From contig JBJHBW010000007.1 in the NCBI GenBank assembly GCA_050485685.1, positions 5,950 to 69,949 of the forward strand: a stretch of 64,000 bases of DNA, read 5' to 3'. Below the pieces are notes generated by a model that saw only the letters and a program-made list of their open reading frames with translations, was not told the origin of the DNA and searched no databases. The position numbers and the translations under genes are program-made. Origin of the DNA: Gammaproteobacteria bacterium (GTDB lineage Bacteria; Pseudomonadota; Gammaproteobacteria; Steroidobacterales; Rariloculaceae). The first letter of the stretch is position 1; every line of letters begins with the position of its first letter. This document shows, in pieces, positions 1 through 8,668 of the stretch.

Positions 1-117
1 CTGGTACAGGTCATGGATACCATCCGTGTGCAGCCGCCATCCGCTGCTGATGGGCTGGCTCGCACCGATCTGTTCCCGGTGATCTCCATCGGCGACGCAC
101 CGCATGACGGTGTATAG
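1..117 (+). CDS. ExbD/TolR-family biopolymer transport protein, C-terminal fragment (5' end outside the window)
   Basis: Frame 1 is open from base 1 to TAG 115-117 (LVQVMDTIRVQPP...VISIGDAPHDGV*). The segment resembles an ExbD periplasmic domain and lies directly upstream of a second exbD and a tonB-like gene. Confidence 0.45.
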   Translation: MVQVMDTIRVQPPSAADGLARTDLFPVISIGDAPHDGV

Positions 118-129
118 GGCAGCAACGTC

Positions 130-645
130 ATGCTGAAACTCAATCGTGTTGAACGCATGCGCCGACATCATCGCCGTCACGGCGGCCGCGGCGGCCTGAA
201 TCTGGTGTCACTGATGGACATCTTCACGATTCTGGTGTTCTTCCTTCTCGTGAACTCCGGTGACGTGGACAGGCTGCCTGGTGGACGCGACCTGGCGCTG
301 CCGGAGTCAATCGCCGAAACGCCGGCGCGCGAAACCGTGATCGTGACGGTAACCCACGACGATATCCTGCTGCAGGGCCGGCGAGTTGCCAGCGTCGCCG
401 ACGTGATGGCGTCCGGGCAGACACTGATTCCCGAACTCGTGGATTCGCTGCAGCGGCTCGCCGCGCAGACGCTGAGGCCAGGCGTCAGCGATGACGGGAC
501 TCAGCCGAGCGAAGTCACCATCATGGGTGATCGCGAGCTGCCATACAGTCTGCTGCGACTGGTCATGGCCAGCAGCACCGAAGCCAATTACACGCATGTG
601 TCGCTGGCGGTCGCGCAGCGCACCGCGATGGCGTCCGTGGAGTAG
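130..645 (+). CDS. exbD: biopolymer transporter ExbD/TolR family
   Basis: 171-aa ORF with a basic N-terminus followed by a single TM (LNLVSLMDIFTILVFFLLV), typical of ExbD. It ends 4 nt before the TonB-like gene. The start could also be the Met at 157. Confidence 0.75.
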   Translation: MLKLNRVERMRRHHRRHGGRGGLNLVSLMDIFTILVFFLLVNSGDVDRLPGGRDLALPESIAETPARETVIVTVTHDDILLQGRRVASVADVMASGQTLIPELVDSLQRLAAQTLRPGVSDDGTQPSEVTIMGDRELPYSLLRLVMASSTEANYTHVSLAVAQRTAMASVE

Positions 646-649
646 CGCC

Positions 650-1678
650 ATGAGTGCATCGATGCAGACTCTTCAATGGCGCAGTTTCGATCTGCCATGG
701 ACCGGATCGCCGGAACAGGAACAGCGTTTCTGGCGTCTGCTTCGCAAGGTGATGCTCTGGATGCTGCCTTTGTGCGTGCTGATGCCGCTGCTGCCGGTAC
801 CCGAACGGGCACCGTTCGAGATTGAGCAGCCGCCTGAGCGCATTGCGCGCATGCTTATGGAGGAGCGGCACGCTCCGCCTCCGCCGCCCCCACCGGTGCA
901 GGAGATTCCGCGCGAGGAGGCACCAGCTCAGCCTCTGCCCGAGCCCGTGGTCCAGACCCCCCCGGTACCGATGCCGGTGCCTGATCCTGTACCCGCACCC
1001 GTGCCGGTGCCCGAATCCGCGCCGGCTCCTGTCGCCGAGACACCGCCGCCACAGCCTGCCGTGGCCGAAGCGCGTGAACGCGCCGCCAGCGCCGGACTGC
1101 TGCCGCTGGCAGATGCACTGGCGGATCTGCGCACCAGTTCAGCCGCCGCCAGCGTGACGTCAGCAGCGGTGAGATCGGAGACAGCGGACACCGCGGTGGC
1201 AGTGGAACGCGCAATGGTTACTTCGCGCGCAGGACAGGCCAGCGGTGGTGTTGTGACTGCAGAACTCAGTCGCGACACCGGAGGCTCCGGACTCGCCGGG
1301 CGCGAGAGCACGCGCGTTGACGCTCCGGTGGCTGGCGCAACGGGTGATGCCGAAGCCGCGCAAACCACCGCTGCAGCCGCGCGCGGCGCCTCACGCAGCC
1401 GCGAGGAAATCGAGCAGGTTTTCGACCGCAACCGCGGCGCGATCTATGCCATCTACAACCGTGCGCTGCGCGAGGACCCCACGCTGCAGGGCAAGCTGCT
1501 GCTGCGCCTGACCATCGCGCCGGACGGCTCAGTGACTGACTGCGAAGTGCTGGAAAGCGAACTGAACGATCCGGAGCTGGAACGACGCCTGGTGCAGCGC
1601 ATACTGCTGTTTCAGTTCGAAGCGAAGGACGTGGCGCCGGTAACGACGACAAAGCCTATTGAGTTCTTTCCTGCCTGA
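650..1678 (+). CDS. TonB-family energy-transducer-like protein (Pro-rich linker, AgmX/PglI-type C-terminal domain)
   Basis: Within ORF 491..1678 I start at ATG 650, 4 nt after the exbD stop; the upstream part overlaps exbD. It has one TM (VMLWMLPLCVLMPLLPV), a Pro-rich spacer (PPPPPPPVQEIP...PVPDPVPAPVPVP) and a C-terminal domain (IYAIYNRALREDPTLQGKLLLRLTIAPDGSV). Confidence 0.65.
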   Translation: MSASMQTLQWRSFDLPWTGSPEQEQRFWRLLRKVMLWMLPLCVLMPLLPVPERAPFEIEQPPERIARMLMEERHAPPPPPPPVQEIPREEAPAQPLPEPVVQTPPVPMPVPDPVPAPVPVPESAPAPVAETPPPQPAVAEARERAASAGLLPLADALADLRTSSAAASVTSAAVRSETADTAVAVERAMVTSRAGQASGGVVTAELSRDTGGSGLAGRESTRVDAPVAGATGDAEAAQTTAAAARGASRSREEIEQVFDRNRGAIYAIYNRALREDPTLQGKLLLRLTIAPDGSVTDCEVLESELNDPELERRLVQRILLFQFEAKDVAPVTTTKPIEFFPA

Positions 1679-1692
1679 GGCGGATACAGACG

Positions 1693-2370
1693 CTACCAGG
1701 GCAACACCGTCCCGTTCGCATGCCAGAACGTGCCGGTAGTCTCGAGATCCAGCGCGTCGATGCGTTCGATCAGATTCGCGGCGGCCTGCTCCGGTTCGAC
1801 GTCACCGTGCCGCGAGGTCATTTCGGTGCGTACGTAGCCGGGGTGCAGGACCGCGACAGCCACACCGCGGGGTTTCAGATCCACAGCCAGTGACTGCGCT
1901 GCCGCGTTGAGCGCGGCCTTGGACATGCGGTAGCCGTAGCGACCGCCTGACGTATTGTCGGCAATGGAGCCCATGCGGCTGGTCATGATCGCGACCCTGG
2001 CCCCGCGTTCGAGCCGGTTGCTGAACGCGTGCACGGTCAGCAACGCGCCCAGCGCGTTGACTTCGAACTGACGGCGGATGCGATCCGCTGCGGCCGGCTC
2101 GCTCAGGGACTCGAACGGCTCATCGGTCAGCAGGCCGGCATTGGCGATGAGCACGTCCACGGGCGTGCCGACTTTTTCGGCAGCGGCCCTCAGCGAATCA
2201 GGGGAAGTGACGTCCACACCTTCAAGCACCTGCGCGCCGGTGGCTTCCAGCTCCAGGCTGGGATGCCGGCATAGCGCGGTGACATGCGCGCCGCGGGCGC
2301 GATAGTGCTGCGTGAACGCAAGGCCTATGCCGCGATTGGCGCCGGTGATTACGATGGCAGGCGTCTTCAT
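1693..2370 (-). CDS. short-chain dehydrogenase/reductase (SDR) family oxidoreductase
   Basis: Within ORF 1693..2613 I start at Met 2370 (MKTPAIVITGANRGIGLAF, the TGxxxGIG cofactor motif). The catalytic YxxxK is present (YRMSKAAL). The longer N-terminal extension is Arg/Cys-rich and overlaps the divergent gene. Confidence 0.85.
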   Translation of the reverse strand: MKTPAIVITGANRGIGLAFTQHYRARGAHVTALCRHPSLELEATGAQVLEGVDVTSPDSLRAAAEKVGTPVDVLIANAGLLTDEPFESLSEPAAADRIRRQFEVNALGALLTVHAFSNRLERGARVAIMTSRMGSIADNTSGGRYGYRMSKAALNAAAQSLAVDLKPRGVAVAVLHPGYVRTEMTSRHGDVEPEQAAANLIERIDALDLETTGTFWHANGTVLPW

Positions 2371-2394
2371 AATTCTCGGATCCACATATGCATC

Positions 2395-3282
2395 ATGAGA
2401 GATAACTCTACATCGAAGCGTGCCCTGCTTCGAACCCAGCGCCGATGGGCGATGGCTCACGGCCTTGATCCGGATGCGCGCGGATACCTTGATAAGGTGG
2501 ACGACAATCTGCGGCAGACGCTTTCCGCCAGGGCACTGGCGGCGTTCGAAGCCGGCGGCGGAGCAGAACTGCACGACAGGCCTGGGCTTCCCGCGAAGAT
2601 GAAGGCATTGCACTCCTCCGCGGCGCTGGTAGTGAATGTCTTCGATTATTGGTCAGAGTGCGATCAGGACGGAGATGGCAGCGGCGAATTCGCACAGCGT
2701 CCCCGCTGCGAAGCGTTGCTGCGAGCACTGCATATGGACGCAGATCTTCGATTGCCTTTGCGATTCGAAGCACAGTTACCCACCGGCCTGCCTGGCAATC
2801 CACCGAATCTCGACGTGCTTCTGGAACTCACGAGTGGCGTGTCAGTCGGCATCGAGAGCAAGTTCACCGAATGGCTGACGGCAAAACGTACGAACCGGCC
2901 ACAGTTCAGGCCGAAATATTTCGACAAGGGCGCGAAGCCATGGACGCGGAGCGGCATGCCTCACTGCCAGGCACTGGTGTCGGAAATGTTGAGCGGGTCA
3001 GAACGATTCCGCATGCTGGATGCCGCGCAGCTGCTGAAACATGCGCTGGGGCTAGCGGCGCACAACCCGGGTCGGTTTTCGCTGATCTATCTGTACTTCG
3101 ACTGGCCCTGCCCGGCTGCACAGACGCACCAGGATGAGCTGGCCAGGTTCGGTGAGCGGATCGGGGCAGAGATCGGGTTTCGAGCACTGACGTATCAGGA
3201 TCTGTTCGGTCGGCTGGCAGGGAGCGGCGCGGTGGATGCGGGGTATCTGGAATACCTTGAGCGTCGGTATTTCCCCGGGTAG
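2395..3282 (+). CDS. hypothetical protein, possible PD-(D/E)XK nuclease-fold protein
   Basis: Within ORF 2284..3282 I start at ATG 2395 (MRDNSTSKRALL...). It has a candidate D...E-x-K signature (PPNLDVLLELTSGVSVGIESKFTEW) preceded by KALHSSAALVVNVFDYW. I recognise no family with certainty. Confidence 0.5.
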   Translation: MRDNSTSKRALLRTQRRWAMAHGLDPDARGYLDKVDDNLRQTLSARALAAFEAGGGAELHDRPGLPAKMKALHSSAALVVNVFDYWSECDQDGDGSGEFAQRPRCEALLRALHMDADLRLPLRFEAQLPTGLPGNPPNLDVLLELTSGVSVGIESKFTEWLTAKRTNRPQFRPKYFDKGAKPWTRSGMPHCQALVSEMLSGSERFRMLDAAQLLKHALGLAAHNPGRFSLIYLYFDWPCPAAQTHQDELARFGERIGAEIGFRALTYQDLFGRLAGSGAVDAGYLEYLERRYFPG

Positions 3283-3539
3283 CTGCGGGACTCTCATGTC
3301 TTATCCGGCTCCGGACGCTGGCAATGCTCCCTGTACGCGGCATCGATCCCCCCTGACGAAGAAACGTATGTCACGTCAGAGTGCCTCGACTTCGCAACCT
3401 GACTGGACTTATCCCGTTTGCTGATCTGGTACTACTGCATTTACAGACCCACTGATAATTTCCAGCATCAGCACCCGTTCCTGCGGCTTGGGGGGGGCAG
3501 CGGGTCGGGTCCGAGACTAAAGAAAAGGGGAGGACCACG

Positions 3540-5645
3540 ATGAAAAAACGTCATTCAGATATCGGATCTGCAGCACGCCTGCTACCGATTGCCGCTGCAC
3601 TGCTACCCATCACTTCTGGCATCGCATTCGCTCAAGGCGGAGGCCGGTACCAGACGCCGGAGGCGTGGACTTTCGGCATCACTGCCGATACGCAATGGAC
3701 CATCACCCACAGCCTGGACTGGGACCCGGGCGATCCGTATTACGCGCATGTCAACCCGAACTACCGCGAGGAAAACCCGGATTACGTGAGTGTATCGACG
3801 CTACTCAAGCTCAACGAGCAGTTCATCGAGCACAACGTGAACTTCGTTGTGCAGTTGGGTGATCTGACCGACAGGGCGGGCAATGCCGCCATGTTTACCC
3901 ATGCCGCAGCCCGTCAGCCGCTGTATGACGCCGGTATCGGTTTCTTTCCGGTGCGCGGTAACCATGAAACGTATGGCAACCTCTACGGTCTGGATCCGGA
4001 TCCGGCCGATCCCGACCAGGTGTGGCCCGACATGAACATTCCCGCCTGGCACGCGGCGTTCCCGCAGACTCGCGGGCTGGGGCCGAATCTGGTCGGCGCC
4101 TACAACTTCCACGGCCCGGACATCGAGGCTCTTGAAGGGCTCAGCTACTCATTCGACTACGGTCCCGCAGGAAGCGATGCCCGATTCGTCTTCATGGACA
4201 TCGAACCCACGTCGTACTGGCTGCAGACACCGGATGTCCACCCGATCTACGGCCAGGGGTACATCTTCACGAACTTCTTCGCCTGGACAGTCTACAAGCA
4301 CGACGAAGACGTGATCGCCGGCAACGGGAATGTCATTCCGGCAGGGACGTGGTTTCGCGTGGACTCCAGCGGCAATCCGGCCACCAGCTGGGTGGATACC
4401 GCGACGGACGACACCGTGGAAGAAGGGAGCTTCACTTATGACGGTACTCAGTTCCGTCCCGGCGACCAGCAGGATTGGATCAATGACCGGCTGGAAGACC
4501 TACAGCGCCCTGCACACGCGTTTGTGCTCTCGCACAGAAATCTGATGGGCCAGAACCACATCAACACGGTATGGGGAAGCAATCCCGGCGTGTCGGCCGA
4601 CGATCAGAATGTGTTCTTCAGAAGTCTGCAGGAGAACAACGTCGGGTACATGCTCTCCGCCCACGATCACATGCACAACCGCTCAATCGTACGCAGCCCG
4701 GATGGCGAGTGGGCAGTCGAGCAGCTCATCGCTTCCTCATCCGATCCGAAGTTCTACACGCCGGCAAGCGGAGACCAGGCAGGGCAGCGATGGCGTGAGA
4801 CGCCGATTTCGCAGGAACTGGCGAATATCGGCTATTACGTTGTCACAGTGGACGGCGCACGACTGACGGTCGATTACTTTTCCGACAGCGTGGGACAGTT
4901 CGGCACGGACTACTGCTGGCCACAAGGTTTCGCAGGAGAGGACGGAAGCTGTGGCGATCCGCGATTCGACTCGGGTCCCGAGCAGATGGGCTCGCTATAC
5001 GTACCCGAGTTCGACTTCGTCTGGAAGGATCAGTGGGGATACGGCCTGAACGGACGGCGCTTCGTGGTGCCGCAGGGCGTCTCTTACGCCGGGGAAATCG
5101 TCGCTAATGGCGATGATGTCATCGAATATCCACGCGTACAGGACGAGTTCAACGGCACCCGTGCCGAAATTCTGTCCGGATTCAATGGCAGCGTGTCCAC
5201 AGATAATGTTCCTGATCAGCCCCGCCCGTTCGCGAAGGCAGTCAACACCGGATGGATGGCGAATCCGGAACCGCAGACGCTCAAGAGTGATGTCTTCTCC
5301 TTGTGGGGCATGGCGGAACTCGGAACTGCGGAGACAGACGTCTACGTGCTGTCCATGTCTTTCGTGTTCGATACCATGGTGCAACTCGGCGCCGGCGGCA
5401 TCGGGATTGCCACATATGTCGATGGCGAGTGGGTCAATGCCGTCAGCCAGAACTTCGGCGGAGAGAAAAACTTCGTCGTCGGCCCTTACGTGGAAGGCGT
5501 GCACGAGCTTGGCACGTATGGCGTCGATCCCGGCACACAGACTGCATGGGCTGTGCTGAACTACAACGCCGACTTCGCCGTGGCCCAAGGCATAGAGGCA
5601 GTACCTGGTCAACAGCGACGTAGTACCGGTAATCCGGGCAGGTAG
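3540..5645 (+). CDS. secreted calcineurin-like metallophosphoesterase, 701 aa with a large C-terminal extension
   Basis: Strong RBS (AAGGGGAGG) and a signal peptide (LLPIAAALLPITSGIAFAQG). Metallophosphoesterase motifs are present: VVQLGDLTDRAGN, VRGNHETYG and SAHDHMHNR. Confidence 0.8.
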   Translation: MKKRHSDIGSAARLLPIAAALLPITSGIAFAQGGGRYQTPEAWTFGITADTQWTITHSLDWDPGDPYYAHVNPNYREENPDYVSVSTLLKLNEQFIEHNVNFVVQLGDLTDRAGNAAMFTHAAARQPLYDAGIGFFPVRGNHETYGNLYGLDPDPADPDQVWPDMNIPAWHAAFPQTRGLGPNLVGAYNFHGPDIEALEGLSYSFDYGPAGSDARFVFMDIEPTSYWLQTPDVHPIYGQGYIFTNFFAWTVYKHDEDVIAGNGNVIPAGTWFRVDSSGNPATSWVDTATDDTVEEGSFTYDGTQFRPGDQQDWINDRLEDLQRPAHAFVLSHRNLMGQNHINTVWGSNPGVSADDQNVFFRSLQENNVGYMLSAHDHMHNRSIVRSPDGEWAVEQLIASSSDPKFYTPASGDQAGQRWRETPISQELANIGYYVVTVDGARLTVDYFSDSVGQFGTDYCWPQGFAGEDGSCGDPRFDSGPEQMGSLYVPEFDFVWKDQWGYGLNGRRFVVPQGVSYAGEIVANGDDVIEYPRVQDEFNGTRAEILSGFNGSVSTDNVPDQPRPFAKAVNTGWMANPEPQTLKSDVFSLWGMAELGTAETDVYVLSMSFVFDTMVQLGAGGIGIATYVDGEWVNAVSQNFGGEKNFVVGPYVEGVHELGTYGVDPGTQTAWAVLNYNADFAVAQGIEAVPGQQRRSTGNPGR

Positions 5646-5676
5646 CTCCGCAGGGCCTGCAAACAAGGCAGATGCA

Positions 5677-5721
5677 GCCCTGTAGAACGAAGTGAGCTTG
5701 CTGATTTTCGTTCTACAGGGC
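5677..5721 (+). terminator. perfect 15-bp stem hairpin (terminator-like or REP-like) downstream of the phosphoesterase gene
   Basis: GCCCTGTAGAACGAA (5677-5691) pairs perfectly with TTCGTTCTACAGGGC (5707-5721) around a 15-nt loop. It lies 32 nt after the stop at 5645 and is followed by CCTTTGCCGATTTT. The U-tract is not contiguous with the stem. Confidence 0.5.
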
Positions 5722-5809
5722 CCTTTGCCGATTTTAGAATGTGTACGGTCATTTCACACGCTACGGACCGTCAGAGGCGTACGGCGTGAATGAATCAGCG
5801 AGAAGAAAT

Positions 5810-6517
5810 ATGAAATCGACAGGATTACGCGTGACGTGCGCTGCTCTCCTTGGAGCCGTGCTTGCCGGCACTCAGGTCGCTGCTGACGTGGCTTCACCGA
5901 GCAATGCGACGGCCGCTCAAGCATCCCACGGCGCTGAATCAGCTTCATCAGGAGGGCACTCAGGCCACGTCCACCACGGCATGCATTCCGAGGTCGAGGC
6001 GCTGAGGGAGGCGATCTGGTATGCGTCGGCCGAAGGCAACCTCGCGCTCCTCGGGCGCCTGCTCAGGGACGAGTCGGTCGACGTGGACGATCTGGCGGTA
6101 GGACACTTCACCACCGGATTATGGATGGCATCGCAGCAGGGGCACGCCGACGTAGTCCATCTGCTGCTCGTGCGCGGCGCCAATGTCAATGCGACTGACT
6201 CCATCGATCGCCGTACGCCGCTGTTCCAGGCTGCACAGGCCGGCCACGCAGAGGTAGTTGGAATCCTGCTGGAGCACGGTGCAGACGTGGAGGCCCGCAG
6301 TGCCAGCACGGGTGCGACACCGCTTTTCGTGGCTTCGGCCCGAGGCCACGTTGAGGTGGTCCGGCTGTTGCTGGCGGCGGGCGCCGACGTCAATGTGAAG
6401 GCAGCGGCAGGCGACAGTGAGGATACGCCTCTGAGCATTGCGAGGGACAGAGGCCATGAGGATGTTGCGGAGCTTCTCGCAAGCTCGATCGCAGCAGCGG
6501 GTAGCCGTAGCCGCTGA
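5810..6517 (+). CDS. secreted ankyrin-repeat protein
   Basis: I start at ATG 5810 (MKSTGLRVTCAALLGAVLAGTQVAA signal peptide). At least four ANK repeats are visible (TGLWMASQQGHADVVHLLLVRGANVN; TPLFQAAQAGHAEVVGILLEHGADVE; TPLFVASARGHVEVVRLLLAAGADVN; TPLSIARDRGHEDVAELL). A His-rich stretch (SGGHSGHVHHGMHSE) follows the signal peptide. Confidence 0.8.
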   Translation: MKSTGLRVTCAALLGAVLAGTQVAADVASPSNATAAQASHGAESASSGGHSGHVHHGMHSEVEALREAIWYASAEGNLALLGRLLRDESVDVDDLAVGHFTTGLWMASQQGHADVVHLLLVRGANVNATDSIDRRTPLFQAAQAGHAEVVGILLEHGADVEARSASTGATPLFVASARGHVEVVRLLLAAGADVNVKAAAGDSEDTPLSIARDRGHEDVAELLASSIAAAGSRSR

Positions 6518-6654
6518 CCCACGCAGCGGCATTCGGGGCTTGCCGCACTTCCGAACCGCCAGCAAGCCTGCGACAACGCGTGCGGGTGAACGGCAGCGCG
6601 GGTACGCTATCGATGGCAACCGGCATGATGAGTATCTGGCATCATTAGCCTGTA

Positions 6655-7194
6655 ATGAAATGTGTCAAATCTGTTTCAGCATTGATCTTCAGCGCCTGCG
6701 CGGCGGTCGCGACACCTGACCTGGCCCTCGCGTCATGCACACCACCGCCTGCGGACTTCGCACCGGTGATCCCCGATGGGGCCGTCGCGTCCGAACTGGA
6801 ACTGGCCATCGCTGCCGAACAGGTCGAAAGCTACGTCAGGGTTCTCACCTCGTTCATCGATTGCACGGACGGGGAGATCCGTCGCGTTCTGGATGATCCG
6901 GAACCTGACGTGGATCGGGCTGATTTCGTTGCCATGATCGACCATCGGGAAGAAGCGGTCAGCCGGCGCAACGCAGTGCTGAGGGACTTTGAGTATCAAC
7001 TGCATCTGCTCGAGGCACGTGCCGAGCAGGCAGGTGAATTCGCGGCCGGGACCGATGCCGCGCGCATCGTGGCCGAGGAGGTTGCCGAACTGCTTGAGGC
7101 GCTGCGAGCGCTTGAGCAGGCTCTGGGCGACGAGGCGACAGAACCATTGTGGCGACAGGAAGAGTCGCCGGACATCGAAGTCTCCGATGACTGA
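6655..7194 (+). CDS. hypothetical secreted protein or lipoprotein with an acidic helical C-terminus
   Basis: 179-aa ORF with an N-terminal signal-like segment (MKCVKSVSALIFSACAAVA; FSAC is a possible lipobox). The remainder is Glu/Ala/Leu-rich. No family recognised. Confidence 0.5.
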   Translation: MKCVKSVSALIFSACAAVATPDLALASCTPPPADFAPVIPDGAVASELELAIAAEQVESYVRVLTSFIDCTDGEIRRVLDDPEPDVDRADFVAMIDHREEAVSRRNAVLRDFEYQLHLLEARAEQAGEFAAGTDAARIVAEEVAELLEALRALEQALGDEATEPLWRQEESPDIEVSDD

Positions 7195-7352
7195 TCTGGC
7201 TGTCATCTCCCCGGCCTGATTCACCAAATTGTGACATCGGCCGCCAGCCAATTGGTGAGTTTCGTCACCAGCTCATCCTGCTTCTCCAAAATAATATCTG
7301 GATTCAACAGGTTAAGAAGCACAGACGCTGGCACGCGGGTTGCAATGGTTGA

Positions 7353-7763
7353 ATGAAACAACAACCGCGTTTCGCAACAGGATCTGAAGGAACCCACATG
7401 CGCAGTTCAGCACACTACTACTACGACGAGTACCGTTACCCGCGTGTTACCGACGGCGCGGAACGTATGCTTGTGCTCATCACTTATGTGCTGCACCTGA
7501 TCGGCGCAGTGGCGGGTGTGACCAGCATCATTGCGGTGGTCGTCAACTACCTGAAACGCAATCAGTGCGGCACCCTTCTGGACAGTCATCACCGCTGGAT
7601 GATCCGCTCCTTCTGGTGGGCGCTGCTCTGGATGGTTGTCGGTCTCATCACGTCGGTCATCCTGATTGGCTGGATTATCATGGGCATTGCCTGGTTGTGG
7701 TTCATCTACCGGCAGGTACGCGGCCTGCTGAGACTCGCCAGCGGATTGGCTATGCCAGGCTGA
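7353..7763 (+). CDS. small integral membrane protein (DUF4870-like, Trp-rich)
   Basis: Three predicted TM segments (MLVLITYVLHLIGAVAGVTSIIAVVV; SFWWALLWMVVGLITSVILIGWIIMGIAWLWFIY). An alternative start at ATG 7398 has a better RBS (GAAGGA at 7386-7391). Confidence 0.6.
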   Translation: MKQQPRFATGSEGTHMRSSAHYYYDEYRYPRVTDGAERMLVLITYVLHLIGAVAGVTSIIAVVVNYLKRNQCGTLLDSHHRWMIRSFWWALLWMVVGLITSVILIGWIIMGIAWLWFIYRQVRGLLRLASGLAMPG

Positions 7764-7883
7764 ACGTACAGACAATCTGGCTGCATGACGACATGCATTA
7801 TGTCTAAAGGCCAGAATTCGGTCTGAAAATCGCCTGTAAGAGTCGAATCCGGTGCCAATCGGTACCTGCAGCCCCTGAATTGC

Positions 7884-7947
7884 TTGACTTGCATCGGGTC
7901 CGACCCCAGACTTCGCAACCCCAGAAAACGGACGGACGGGTCCGTCC
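7884..7947 (+). promoter_or_regulatory. candidate promoter and operator region of the tetR-RND operon
   Basis: -35 TTGACT (7884-7889), a 17-nt spacer, and a weak -10 CAGACT (7907-7912). An 11-bp palindrome GGGTCcGACCC (7896-7906) sits in the spacer. A second inverted repeat, GGACGGAC-GG-GTCCGTCC (7930-7947), lies 7 nt before the tetR ATG. Both share the core CGGGTCCG. Confidence 0.4.
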
Positions 7948-7954
7948 TTTGTTT

Positions 7955-8635
7955 ATGGCTGTTCAGATCAAGCGTACCCACAAGAGCGCGGAGCTGCGGC
8001 GTGAGGAGATTCTCGCGGCGGCGTCGCGGGTTTTCGCCGAAGCCGGCTATCGCACCGCCGATGTTCAGCAGATCGCAGAGCTGGCCGGTGTGGGCAAGGG
8101 TACGGTGTATCGGCATTTCCAGACCAAGGAGGATCTGTTCCTGGCAGCGCTGGATGCAAATCTGCGCCAGCTGATCGAGCGCATGCACGACGTGCGCACG
8201 CAGAACAGCGACCCCCTTGAGCAGATGTACGCAGCCGCGCATGCCTACCTGCAGTACTTCGATGAGCACCCCGAAACCGTGGAGCTTTTCATACACGAAC
8301 GGGCCGAGTTTCGTGACCGCGCCAAACCGCTGTACTTCGCCTACTCCGACAAACACCGCGACGAGTGGCTGGCGCTGTTCGAGACTCTTCAGGCGCAGGG
8401 TCGCCTGCGTGTGACCAACATCGATGCAGCCATGCAGGCCATCGCCGAACTGCTGTACGGCGCGGTACTTGCCAATCATGTCTCCACGCGGCATCGCCCG
8501 CTGGCATCGCGTCATCGTGAACTGCTGGACATCTGCCTGCACGGCATTATCGCCGACCCCGAGGACGCCCCGGTGGTCAACGGCGACACGGCTGTCGGTC
8601 GCAAAAGGGACAGTTCGCACCACGAACACGATTGA
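7955..8635 (+). CDS. TetR/AcrR-family transcriptional regulator
   Basis: I start at ATG 7955 (MAVQIKRTHKSAELRREEILAAASRVF). HTH: ADVQQIAELAGVGKGTVYRHFQTKEDLF. It lies directly upstream of the MFP and RND genes. Confidence 0.9.
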   Translation: MAVQIKRTHKSAELRREEILAAASRVFAEAGYRTADVQQIAELAGVGKGTVYRHFQTKEDLFLAALDANLRQLIERMHDVRTQNSDPLEQMYAAAHAYLQYFDEHPETVELFIHERAEFRDRAKPLYFAYSDKHRDEWLALFETLQAQGRLRVTNIDAAMQAIAELLYGAVLANHVSTRHRPLASRHRELLDICLHGIIADPEDAPVVNGDTAVGRKRDSSHHEHD

Positions 8636-8668
8636 CAGCACCCCGGACAACACACCGCACATACCACC

